Under the pieces are notes generated by a model. It was not told the DNA's origin. It saw only the letters and a list, made by a program, of their open reading frames with translations, and searched no databases. From a virus (taxonomy: Duplodnaviria; Heunggongvirae; Uroviricota; Caudoviricetes), in IMG/VR virus record IMGVR_UViG_3300010234_000001, positions 50,612-114,611 of that record: a DNA stretch of 64,000 nucleotides. One strand, 5' to 3'. The number at the start of each line of letters is the position of its first letter. The stretch's first letter is position 1. The position numbers were made by a program, and so were the translations under genes. This document shows, in pieces, positions 16,278 through 24,759 of the stretch.

Positions 16278-16337
16278 TTTTATGTCTCCGCGTTTGCTGT
16301 TTCGATGATTGGAATATAGCGGAACGGAATCGACTTG

Positions 16338-16922
16338 TCAACCCCGTTCCGCAGGATTATTTTGATCGATCATGTTATTAAGCGACTCGTGAAAGGACTC
16401 ACCTATTTCATACCCATCATCATATACGGCATCAAGGTCAATAGCAGCATCATCCTTCGCCGCCTCTTCCTCGTCTCGTTTCTCCAACCAAGCCGCATAT
16501 TCGTTCAATGGACCACTGTATATTACCGTGGAACCATCCCGCACGGACATATGAATCAGTCGCGTTTCTGTAAGAAAATTGCTCGGACGGTTTCCTTCAA
16601 CCCATAGCTTGTAAGTAAATTCCTCCATTTCCGAATCATCCGGCTTGTTGATGTAAACGTTGCCAGCTTCGGCACCAGCACCAGCACCAGCACCAGCACC
16701 ATTCTTCAAATCGTGAATAAGAACGGCAGCGGCACAATCAATACCATTGACGCACGACATGCGATCATCCGAAATGCCATTGACAAGCTTTCGGTGCGCC
16801 AGACTATTGTAAATATCCATACCTATTCCATCCGGTTGGCCGTCATACTGACGATAAATACTTACAAGCACATCGCCCGAGTAATTATCCTGATAAATGT
16901 GAATGATTGAACGTGTTCCCAT
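16338..16922 (-). CDS. Conserved phage hypothetical protein (MGTRS...IY...DG.P family), 194 aa
   Basis: Recognisable N-terminal motif; contains a (GA)n insert. Confidence 0.7.
   Translation of the reverse strand: MGTRSIIHIYQDNYSGDVLVSIYRQYDGQPDGIGMDIYNSLAHRKLVNGISDDRMSCVNGIDCAAAVLIHDLKNGAGAGAGAGAEAGNVYINKPDDSEMEEFTYKLWVEGNRPSNFLTETRLIHMSVRDGSTVIYSGPLNEYAAWLEKRDEEEAAKDDAAIDLDAVYDDGYEIGESFHESLNNMIDQNNPAERG
16672..16701. repeat. Hexamer tandem repeat (gcacca)x5 encoding an Ala-Gly tract
   Basis: Seen directly. Confidence 0.9.
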
Positions 16923-16943
16923 GATCTAAGTTCCTTTTCGCTC

Positions 16944-17237
16944 TTAACTGATTAGTACGTCATTTCTAGTGACCATACCACGGTTTTTATAATATAGCAA
17001 GACATATTCCCGTATTGCACTCGAAAAAGATTTTGCGGCAAAATCCCGGCCACGATCAATTTCCGATAACAACGCGTTAAGCGTCATGCGTCGGCTCTTG
17101 GCAATCTCTTTAAGGGAGAACCAAAATTCATCTTCCATTGTGACGGATGTTTCACATCCGGCTATTAAGATAGAACGTTTCTTCATACTTCTAGGCATAT
17201 TATTATATAGTGCGCGGGCCAGTGGACTACCATCCAC
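16944..17237 (-). CDS. Ribbon-helix-helix domain protein (RHH_4-like)
   Basis: KRSILIAGCETSVTMEDEFWFSLKEIA...TLNALLSEID...SSAIREYVL matches the alphaproteobacterial RHH_4 pattern. Confidence 0.8.
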   Translation of the reverse strand: MDGSPLARALYNNMPRSMKKRSILIAGCETSVTMEDEFWFSLKEIAKSRRMTLNALLSEIDRGRDFAAKSFSSAIREYVLLYYKNRGMVTRNDVLIS

Positions 17238-17286
17238 CGTTTTAGCTCCCCAATGGGAGACCCGCTTTCCGTTGCCAACGGAATTG

Positions 17287-17487
17287 TTAACCCTTTGCTG
17301 ATGCGTCGTTAATGGTCGCTACGATATTTTGGCGATCACCATCAACGTAAATCTTATTCCCGTTGGTAAATTCAACGATGGACCTGCCCTCATACATTGA
17401 ATTCTCCACGCTGAAAATCGTATTAACGTTGAAGGATTTATAATCACCCTCATCCTTGCCGACTAAAAGAAACGTGACCATGCGCAT
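17287..17487 (-). CDS. Hypothetical protein, about 66 aa (FlbD-like size and pattern)
   Basis: GGGAG RBS after promoter 17525-17553. Confidence 0.55.
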   Translation of the reverse strand: MRMVTFLLVGKDEGDYKSFNVNTIFSVENSMYEGRSIVEFTNGNKIYVDGDRQNIVATINDASAKG

Positions 17488-17533
17488 TACGATTTTCTCC
17501 CGCTGTTTTTTCCGATGTTCATTACCATACACA

Positions 17534-17539
17534 TAAATA
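17534..17539 (+). promoter_or_regulatory. T4-type late promoter TAAATA
   Basis: Upstream of the gp5 N-terminal part; nested in an early promoter spacer. Confidence 0.7.
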
Positions 17540-17569
17540 ATCCGTCTGTCAATAGGGAAAATTGAAAAA

Positions 17570-18757
17570 ATGAGAAAAACTAAATCGGAAGCGGGTGGTC
17601 GCTACATAGGAATCGTTGTCAACTGCACGGACGATCCAAAGAAAATGGGGCGTTGCCGCGTGATGATTCCGCAACTGCACGCTCCACACCTAGAAGAATC
17701 AAAAATGCCATGGATGCAACTCGCATCCAACGCGAATGATGATGGTCAATTTTCGTTTGACCGTCCTCCGCAAGTGGGCGCAACAGTCATGGTATACTAT
17801 CCTCCCGGATCAAAGTCAAGCGGATTCGGCATCATTGAAAACGTTTTGAATGGCGTGCACGATCCTAAAGCGTTGGAAGGTAACATTTCACTGGATAAAC
17901 TAGGATGGGTTATAGCAGCATATGAAGCAATACATGATATGTTTGGACCACCGGATGTTCAACAAACAACAACAACAAATGATACTGGCAAAGAACAAGT
18001 TACAACAACTATTAGCAATACCCGCGATGCTCCATCCATCAAAGGCAAGTTAAGAATTCCATCCAACTTCGCATTCGAAAGCATTGTTAAATTTTACAAT
18101 GAACTTGAAGATGTTGCTACCGCCGTTCAAGATTCCGCCGCATCAATGACAACCGATTTGGCCGCGTTACTTCCGGGGGAAAACTTCTCTCTTTCCGGAT
18201 TGTTATCATTATTTGATGATGATCAGATCGAGCAACTAGAATCATCAATGGGCGAAGCTTATGGTGCAATGCAATCAATATTATCTAATATTGGTACTGA
18301 CTCGCCATTAAGCGGCACGAACTTCACACAAACGGCAAACAGAATGAACCCGGCAACATTCGCATCCAATGCGATAGCCGCATTGCGAAATGCAATCGAT
18401 CTGAAAAGCGTTGACGAAACGCTGAAAAGTCTATTGACGGATAGAACAATTCGTGGTATTGATGAATTGGAAGATGTTGCGACGGAAGTCGCGACAGCAT
18501 TCGGTAATCTGGATATCACACTATCCGCTAATGGCAACATTTCCACATCGGTCAGCGACTCGCTCCAAACTTTAATCAGCGCATTTGAAAGCTTTGCGGG
18601 CGGAATCGAGAATTCCGTTGGAACCATGTTAAGTAAATCGGATATAACCACGGATGGATATAAACGACTATCAACGGAAGTTCAAACGGAATTCAAGGAA
18701 TTCTTGGAAAGCGCCAGCGTAATTAAAGATGCTACCGCCGCCCTTAAGGAAGTTTAA
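17570..18757 (+). CDS. gp5: Baseplate hub gp5-like, N-terminal OB-fold part, 395 aa
   Basis: G.V....DP..MGR.RV.IP.LH...PW motif; no lysozyme domain recognised. Confidence 0.75.
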   Translation: MRKTKSEAGGRYIGIVVNCTDDPKKMGRCRVMIPQLHAPHLEESKMPWMQLASNANDDGQFSFDRPPQVGATVMVYYPPGSKSSGFGIIENVLNGVHDPKALEGNISLDKLGWVIAAYEAIHDMFGPPDVQQTTTTNDTGKEQVTTTISNTRDAPSIKGKLRIPSNFAFESIVKFYNELEDVATAVQDSAASMTTDLAALLPGENFSLSGLLSLFDDDQIEQLESSMGEAYGAMQSILSNIGTDSPLSGTNFTQTANRMNPATFASNAIAALRNAIDLKSVDETLKSLLTDRTIRGIDELEDVATEVATAFGNLDITLSANGNISTSVSDSLQTLISAFESFAGGIENSVGTMLSKSDITTDGYKRLSTEVQTEFKEFLESASVIKDATAALKEV

Positions 18758-18791
18758 ATGGTTTCAATGAAACTATACCATACTGCGTGAT

Positions 18792-18983
18792 TCATGATTC
18801 GATCCTTTCAAGTTCGTTTTCCCCATAATAGAATTCGGAATCCGAATCATACTTCGGAACATTATTTACGGGGAATGTCACATTATACCCATCATAATTG
18901 TATGACTTAACGATACATATCTTTCCGCGAAGAGTACCGTTCATAATCATCGCACGCTCACCATCCTGAAATTTCTTATTCAT
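18792..18983 (-). CDS. Hypothetical SH3-like protein, 63 aa
   Basis: ATGA overlap with upstream gene; antisense island 1. Confidence 0.55.
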   Translation of the reverse strand: MNKKFQDGERAMIMNGTLRGKICIVKSYNYDGYNVTFPVNNVPKYDSDSEFYYGENELERIES

Positions 18984-19393
18984 CCGCTTGAATCCCTTTC
19001 GAATTTGTAGCCGCACTTATTGCATGTATAACGGTGCAGACAATTGCCAATATTTTCATGCCGAAAATCATGCTCGCACTCCGCAAACTTAAAATACACA
19101 ATCGGCTTTGCGGCACGCGCATGCTCGACACGTTCCAGATAACCAACGCCAGTCTTATCACGGTAGACCCACAAAGTCAACCCGTAAAATTTCTTCGGAT
19201 TATCCAATCCCAATTCCGGAACGGGTTTTCCGTACACCTGCTTGCCCGTCTGATACTCCGGGATACGTCCACCACTCCCAAACGTAGCCCAAAAATCATC
19301 TTCCGAAATAGGGACAACATTTGGCGGCGGGGAATTGAAATCCCCCAACCAATACATGGACGTATCCCGCGAAGTCACTGGACGATAAAACAT
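18980..19393 (-). CDS. Hypothetical protein with C-terminal Zn motif (CEHDF...CNKCG...DSSG), 137 aa
   Basis: Antisense island 1. Confidence 0.65.
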   Translation of the reverse strand: MFYRPVTSRDTSMYWLGDFNSPPPNVVPISEDDFWATFGSGGRIPEYQTGKQVYGKPVPELGLDNPKKFYGLTLWVYRDKTGVGYLERVEHARAAKPIVYFKFAECEHDFRHENIGNCLHRYTCNKCGYKFERDSSG

Positions 19394-19620
19394 TACGAAT
19401 TTCCCCGATTGAACGCGCGGCGCATCACGTTAATATTCCGGCGACGCGTCTCGATTGCGAACGCCAGCGCTGACAGCGCGGCAGTGGCTTCCAGAACGAC
19501 GGCCTGCGCCTCATTCGCCCAATTCTCATCAACGAACTGCACATGTTTATCCTCGACCATTTCTTCCGTGAGGCTCACGATATCAGCGATGTTCTTTTGA
19601 ACGTCATCAAAAACTTGCAT
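19393..19620 (-). CDS. Hypothetical helical protein, 75 aa
   Basis: After early promoter and RBS; antisense island 1. Confidence 0.6.
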   Translation of the reverse strand: MQVFDDVQKNIADIVSLTEEMVEDKHVQFVDENWANEAQAVVLEATAALSALAFAIETRRRNINVMRRAFNRGNS

Positions 19621-19637
19621 GTTTTTCCTTTCCGTGT

Positions 19638-19682
19638 TTCGATTGTGAGCGCAGCATACCATAAATAAACGATATGTCAACA
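19638..19682 (-). promoter_or_regulatory. Early promoter of island 1 with nested plus-strand late promoter (TAAATA 19662-19667)
   Basis: Minus: gTTGACatatcgtttatttatggTATGCT...caatcgaaa. Confidence 0.75.
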
Positions 19683-19698
19683 GGGAAAATGAAAATTC

Positions 19699-20400
19699 AT
19701 GGGCAATACACCAAAATGGAAACCGCCAATCGATTCGCGTAAAGAGGGTATGAAATATCCATACTACTCAATGGTGCAATCCCCTTCCGGATCGGGATAC
19801 ATAATTGATGACACGAAAGGTCATGAAAGCATGACATTCTATCATCGTTCCGGTTCTCTCATTCAAATGAAAGAGGATGGATCATTAGTCATTATTAATC
19901 AAAAAGATGCATATCAAGTTACGTTTGGTGATAGCAACATGTTAGTTACTGGCGGATATAACATAACCGTCAATGGTGGTGCAACCCTAAAAGTTGAAGG
20001 CGATTATGATATGACGGTTCATGGGAACGCCAAGCAAACCATTGAAGGCAACATGGATACAATCATTAATGGGGACTCTACCACGGCCATTAAGGGAAGT
20101 CAAGAGGTTTTGGTGGGCGGCGACATGGCGCAACAGGTTGTGGGCACAATGGAGCTAGTCGCGGATCAGGCAACGTTTGGCGGTAATGATCTAAAGATTA
20201 AAGCATTAGGAACGGCAAAGTTCCAAGGTGTTACCGTAACGATGGATGCAACGGCAAGCTATGCAATAACAACTCCGAACTATGATCTGGATTCCGCTGA
20301 TATAGACATCTTTGGTGCATCAATAGTTCTGAATGGTACTGTCACGGACATTTATGGATCGCCAGTAAACATTAACAGCATTACACAGATTGGAAACTAA
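19699..20400 (+). CDS. gp5: Baseplate hub/needle gp5-like, C-terminal beta-helix part, 233 aa
   Basis: YPY.....SG....DDT.G.E....HRSG motif followed by V.G octad repeats. Confidence 0.8.
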   Translation: MGNTPKWKPPIDSRKEGMKYPYYSMVQSPSGSGYIIDDTKGHESMTFYHRSGSLIQMKEDGSLVIINQKDAYQVTFGDSNMLVTGGYNITVNGGATLKVEGDYDMTVHGNAKQTIEGNMDTIINGDSTTAIKGSQEVLVGGDMAQQVVGTMELVADQATFGGNDLKIKALGTAKFQGVTVTMDATASYAITTPNYDLDSADIDIFGASIVLNGTVTDIYGSPVNINSITQIGN

Positions 20401-20918
20401 TGACAATTAATCTAAACTCCGCTTATATTGATACGGATGGGAATTTATATGCAAACAACTATCCCGTAACCAAAGAAATAGTATGCTACTCGGACAATGT
20501 TGGTGGTGCCAATGTTACTCTAGGCGGTGCTGTCATATTTAACAATATTGTATATGAATCAAATGCCAATTCATTCACTTTAGAAGCCGCAACTGGTAAC
20601 ATAAGCGTAAATAAAACCGGACTATATGAAATAATATACGAAATTTCACTTGGCGGAACCGGAACTACTGACTCGCGAACGAATGGTTATAGCGTATTAC
20701 AAGAAGATGGTGATGACGGTTGGAGTAACGTTGAATCAACTTTTGCTTGGCAATATGTTAGAAACCCATGGCGGGGCGAAGATACTGCAACATGCACTAT
20801 ATTTAAACAAATAGAATCGGATAACGTCTATCGAATATTTTCATCCCGCGCATCTGGTGGAGATACTTCCGTTGAAACATTAGCCGAAGCTTCCAGAATA
20901 CTATTCAAGGAGATATAA
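20400..20918 (+). CDS. Virion protein, 172 aa (possible C1q/BclA-like beta sandwich)
   Basis: Coupled to gp5-C; ...TGLYEI.Y pattern. Confidence 0.6.
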   Translation: MTINLNSAYIDTDGNLYANNYPVTKEIVCYSDNVGGANVTLGGAVIFNNIVYESNANSFTLEAATGNISVNKTGLYEIIYEISLGGTGTTDSRTNGYSVLQEDGDDGWSNVESTFAWQYVRNPWRGEDTATCTIFKQIESDNVYRIFSSRASGGDTSVETLAEASRILFKEI

Positions 20919-20919
20919 T

Positions 20920-21315
20920 TTGCCTAAAGCAAGATTACCGGATTATACTGATCTAGACCTAGACTTTATACGCCATCCGGGAACTTCCGATGTAACTAAA
21001 AAGACTGGCGTAGAAGCTATCAAGCGCAGCGTTCGCAATCTTGTGCTTACGAACTTCTATGAGCGTCCATTCAGATCAAGCATTGGATCAAATGCGCAAA
21101 AGCTATTATTCGAAAATGTCAATCCGTTGACCGCAATTAACCTACAAAATGCAATCAAAGAAACTATCTTAAATTTTGAACCTAGAATCAACCTTATCGG
21201 CATTGAGGTTATTGTTGCGCCGGATCAAAATGGTTATAATGTTCGTCTCACATTCCGTATTAACAATCGCTTAGAGCCTGTTGTGTCAGGTCTATTCCTC
21301 AAACGAATAAGATAA
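20920..21315 (+). CDS. gp25: Baseplate wedge subunit gp25
   Basis: Y.DLDL.F..HP...D......AIK.SVRNL..TN..ERPF...G; FEPR. Confidence 0.92.
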   Translation: MPKARLPDYTDLDLDFIRHPGTSDVTKKTGVEAIKRSVRNLVLTNFYERPFRSSIGSNAQKLLFENVNPLTAINLQNAIKETILNFEPRINLIGIEVIVAPDQNGYNVRLTFRINNRLEPVVSGLFLKRIR

Positions 21316-21336
21316 AAAACGTAGAGTTAAAAAGAA

Positions 21337-21342
21337 TAAATA
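21337..21342 (+). promoter_or_regulatory. Late promoter TAAATA
   Basis: Upstream of gp6. Confidence 0.65.
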
Positions 21343-21372
21343 ACCAGAATCCTCAAACGAATAAGGTAACAA

Positions 21373-23457
21373 ATGACGACCGCCAACACAGCACTGCGTA
21401 TTAGCGAACTTGATTTCGATACAATACGGGAAAATCTAAAGAATTATCTAAGAAGTCAAGCGGAATTTACCGATTATGATTTTGAGGGTAGTGGTCTATC
21501 CGTGCTGATAGATTTGCTAGCTTATAACACTCATTATAACGCTATGAATCTTAATCTTGTCGGCAATGAAATGTTCTTGGATTCCGCACAGATTCGTTCG
21601 TCAATTCTTTCTCACGCCAAGGTGATGAACTATATTCCAACCTCGCGTGTCGCACCACAATCAAAGATCAATATTGTTGTTACCCCAAGCAGCGGCGAAG
21701 ATAACACCGCAACAACGCTTACTATTCCAAGATATACTAGATTTCTTTCCGATCCTATTGATGGTGTGTCGTACAATTTTGTTACCGTTAATGCGAACAC
21801 AATAACCAAAGCGGATGAATCATTTTCATTCTCCAACGTTGTCATTAAACAAGGCGAGCATATTCAGCAATCATACACAGTGCTAACAAACAATCCGCTT
21901 AGAAGATTTACACTGCCTACCGCAAATGTTGATACGACAACCATTCGCGTTGCCGTCCAAGAAAGCACTTCCAATACTGTAACGAATACTTACACGCGTT
22001 CACAAGATTTGACCGAAGCTAACGCCAATTCGCAAATTTACTTCATCGAAGAAAATCCGGATAGAATTGGCACATGGACAATGTATTTTGGGGATGGTGT
22101 TATTGGTAAGAATCTAGCCAACGGTAATATAGTTTTGGTTGACTACCTCGACACGAAAGGAACTGCTGCAAACAAGGCGGGAACGTTTACGCTTGTTGCT
22201 GATATTGATGGATATGATGATAACGTTTCCGTTACTACTGTCACAACAGCGGCGGGCGGATCGGACAGACAAAATATTGAGACAATCCGTAAACGTGCGC
22301 CAGTATGGTATACCGCACAAAACCGGGCGGTAACCAAGAATGATTACGGTTCGCTTATTTTGAAAGACTATCCGAATATTAGCGCGGTGTCAACATGGGG
22401 CGGCGAGGAAAATAACCCGCCAATTTATGGCAAGATTTTCATTGCCATGAAGCCGGTTGACAACTATGCGCTGACCGTTGCTGAAAAAGAACGAATCGTT
22501 GATGAAATTATTGCTAACCGTTCCGTCATGACAGTATTTCCGGAAATTGTCGATCCGAATTACACTTATCTTATCAATAACATAACGGTAAACTATAATC
22601 CTAGTCTCACTACGCTGGATGAAACGGAACTGGAATCCCTTGTTCGTGCGGCCGTCATCGACTATAAAGATGCGTACCTGCAAGACTTCAATTCCGTATT
22701 CAGAAAGTCCCAACTGGCAAGAACTATTGATAATGCGCATGAAGCTATTGTATCATCAAGCGTTGATTTATTCGCACAGAAGAGATTTGAACCAACACTA
22801 AGTACACAATCTTCATACGAACTTGAATTTAATATTCCACTTGAAAAAGGTGGCATTATCAATAAGCTATATTCATATCCGGAAGTAACAGTCCGGGATG
22901 ATGAAAGTATCTCGCGTAATGTCCTAATTGAAGAAGTTCCGGATTCGTTCACTGGTATTGATTCTATCTCCGTAACCAATGCGGGATCAAACTATTCCGC
23001 CATTCCAACAGTTACAATCACGGGTGACGGTAGTGGCGCGACCGCTACGGCAAAGGTTGTTAACGGCAAGGTTACAACCATTACAATTACGGAACGGGGA
23101 ACCAACTATTCCCGCGCAACAGTGACAATTAATGGCGGCGGAACGGGCAGCGGTGCAACGGCTACGGCAAAGCTTGAAGCCACGAATGGTGAACTACGAA
23201 CATACTATTTCAAAACTAATGGCGAGCGGGTTATTGTTGATGAAGCGGCCGGAACAATCGACTATGAATCGGGACTAATTACGTTGAATGATTTCTTGCC
23301 AATAGACATAGTGGACAATGCAAGATATACCAACACAATTCTGACGATTGCGGTGCAGCCCCAAAAGGATACAATCACAACCGCCAGAAATCAAATTCTT
23401 GACATTGATGAAAACGATCCATCATCCATTCAGATTACAATGGTTGCGGAAAGTTAA
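21373..23457 (+). CDS. gp6: Baseplate wedge subunit gp6, 694 aa
   Basis: ELDFD.I..NL..YL..Q.EF.DYDFEGS.LS.L.D.LAYNTHY; QNRAVT..DY. Confidence 0.95.
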   Translation: MTTANTALRISELDFDTIRENLKNYLRSQAEFTDYDFEGSGLSVLIDLLAYNTHYNAMNLNLVGNEMFLDSAQIRSSILSHAKVMNYIPTSRVAPQSKINIVVTPSSGEDNTATTLTIPRYTRFLSDPIDGVSYNFVTVNANTITKADESFSFSNVVIKQGEHIQQSYTVLTNNPLRRFTLPTANVDTTTIRVAVQESTSNTVTNTYTRSQDLTEANANSQIYFIEENPDRIGTWTMYFGDGVIGKNLANGNIVLVDYLDTKGTAANKAGTFTLVADIDGYDDNVSVTTVTTAAGGSDRQNIETIRKRAPVWYTAQNRAVTKNDYGSLILKDYPNISAVSTWGGEENNPPIYGKIFIAMKPVDNYALTVAEKERIVDEIIANRSVMTVFPEIVDPNYTYLINNITVNYNPSLTTLDETELESLVRAAVIDYKDAYLQDFNSVFRKSQLARTIDNAHEAIVSSSVDLFAQKRFEPTLSTQSSYELEFNIPLEKGGIINKLYSYPEVTVRDDESISRNVLIEEVPDSFTGIDSISVTNAGSNYSAIPTVTITGDGSGATATAKVVNGKVTTITITERGTNYSRATVTINGGGTGSGATATAKLEATNGELRTYYFKTNGERVIVDEAAGTIDYESGLITLNDFLPIDIVDNARYTNTILTIAVQPQKDTITTARNQILDIDENDPSSIQITMVAES

Positions 23458-23639
23458 TCCTTCAAGAAAGGCTTGAGTTTTTCCGCAAGCACTTCGTATG
23501 AAAGAAAAGTAACTACCGTTTCTTCCGGAACATCATATTCATAATCCCATGGATTGTGAACTGATATCTCAATTTTTATGGCCTTTTCCTCAAAGTAATG
23601 ATTCAAAACCCAATTGTCCGGCCAAAGCATTTCACTCAT
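23454..23639 (-). CDS. Hypothetical protein, 61 aa
   Basis: Antisense island 2. Confidence 0.55.
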   Translation of the reverse strand: MSEMLWPDNWVLNHYFEEKAIKIEISVHNPWDYEYDVPEETVVTFLSYEVLAEKLKPFLKD

Positions 23640-23662
23640 GGTTTCATCCTTTCTTATCTTGA

Positions 23663-23854
23663 TTACGGGGTAACTCTCGACTTTTTCATATAGTAATCCA
23701 TCAGATATTTGGCTTGTTCATCCAACCATCCGGTGACCCAATCCTGAAACGCGCCAGTTTTTTCCGGGTATGGATTTTGAAATAGCGAAAAGCCTTCATC
23801 ATAGGCTTTCCTACCTTCATCATACACTGTAATTGGTTCAATTGTATTCGTCAT
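23663..23854 (-). CDS. Hypothetical protein, about 63 aa (EGR.AY..G...NPY...W..GW motif)
   Basis: Antisense island 2; motif similar to ORF 3579-3848. Confidence 0.6.
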   Translation of the reverse strand: MTNTIEPITVYDEGRKAYDEGFSLFQNPYPEKTGAFQDWVTGWLDEQAKYLMDYYMKKSRVTP

Positions 23855-24252
23855 TTCTCCCATCCTATCCATGTTGTACCCCATCTTCTAATCAATAGCC
23901 ATTCGCGGCTAATGTCTTCCGGTAGATTATCGCAAAACCAATGATCAGTTTTTTCCATCCAAACATAATCATCAATCCACGTTTCATCCGAATTTTCAAT
24001 CCACCATTCGTAGTGACCAACGCGAATACTACCATCATCGAAGATAAACCAAACTTCCACGTCCCCGCAGTCATCCGAGTCATAAACCTTATAGTTTTGT
24101 CTCATATAATCTATGACTGTATTATCAATAATTTCCTGCGGATCGCATTCATTATATTTCGATAGTGTGTTTTTCCATGGAAGGGGGATTGGGACGGTTT
24201 TACCCGTCCCAACCATAACGTTATCATACATGTCGCTCGCGTAGAATCTCAT
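23851..24252 (-). CDS. Hypothetical Trp/Asp-rich protein, 133 aa
   Basis: Antisense island 2. Confidence 0.6.
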   Translation of the reverse strand: MRFYASDMYDNVMVGTGKTVPIPLPWKNTLSKYNECDPQEIIDNTVIDYMRQNYKVYDSDDCGDVEVWFIFDDGSIRVGHYEWWIENSDETWIDDYVWMEKTDHWFCDNLPEDISREWLLIRRWGTTWIGWEK

Positions 24253-24734
24253 TATTTTTTGCTCACATACCAAATATGAGTCACCCGCCGCTTACCCCGC
24301 TTATAAAAACCAAAATGGATCGGCTTCCGGTACTGCGTATCCGTGATGTAGCCGTTATGCATCGCCATGAAGTGCTTCGACACTCCAACAATAATAAGCT
24401 CGTCATCCGGAAGCTCCGGAGCAATCTCCGAAATTGGCGGGCAATAGCGCTCATCCACGGTGCCGCTGTTGGAGTCGTAAGGGGTTTCCGAACGATACTC
24501 CTGCGTTAGCCGCGCCTTAAAGCCAAGGCGATCCAGAACCGGCTCAACCTCATCCGCCCATACGCCAACCACCTTGTTATGACCACCCCGCTTACGCGGC
24601 TTCGCTTCGGTGGCGCGGCGGTATGACAGAATTTCCTGCTCGATAACAGGGACAGGAATTCCGGTCACTGCGGCGAACGCAGTAGGGCCACACCAACCGG
24701 TCTCTCCTACGGTGCTGGTAAGCTTCTCACTCAT
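24252..24734 (-). CDS. Hypothetical protein, 160 aa (CGPTAFAAVTG...H, papain/C39-like candidate)
   Basis: AGGAG RBS; Cys and His motifs. Confidence 0.6.
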   Translation of the reverse strand: MSEKLTSTVGETGWCGPTAFAAVTGIPVPVIEQEILSYRRATEAKPRKRGGHNKVVGVWADEVEPVLDRLGFKARLTQEYRSETPYDSNSGTVDERYCPPISEIAPELPDDELIIVGVSKHFMAMHNGYITDTQYRKPIHFGFYKRGKRRVTHIWYVSKK

Positions 24735-24759
24735 TTCGATTTTTCTCCTGTCTGACGTG

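Larger units (their letters stand above)
540..17553 (-). repeat. Array of about 35 related early promoter/leader repeats (TTGAC-N17-[-10]-..ATCATCGAAA..RBS on minus strand)
   Basis: Copies at about 540-578, 2011-2045, 2224-2272, 2537-2589, 3208-3257, 3875-3920, 4350-4395, 4567-4609, 4815-4858, 5126-5171, 5414-5453, 5857-5902, 6121-6168, 6566-6610, 6950-6995, 7205-7250, 7558-7598, 7861-7906, 8248-8293, 8664-8708, 9120-9163, 9481-9523, 10175-10217, 10413-10455, 11009-11051, 11577-11618, 12314-12356, 12624-12669, 13495-13538, 13620-13659, 14320-14362, 14605-14647, 15055-15097, 16300-16345, 17525-17553. Typical plus-strand text: tttcgatgattggaatatgccacactgtcaggcgagagtcaacccc. Nearly all are followed on the minus strand by an RBS and a short ORF. 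Confidence 0.92.

Noticed and set aside
3875-16345. CRISPR array
   Set aside because: The intervals between repeats range from about 80 bp to over 1 kb and contain RBS-led ORFs; the repeats are promoters; no cas genes are present.
4-17301. Plus-strand ORFs in the early zone (e.g. 1051-2076, 3884-4627, 13731-14339, 19034-19600)
   Set aside because: Antisense shadows of RBS-led minus-strand genes, with no RBS or recognisable motifs.
540-17553. Classical integron with attC sites
   Set aside because: No tyrosine integrase in the window and no consistent RYYYAAC/GTTRRRY-bounded imperfect palindromes; each unit has its own promoter.
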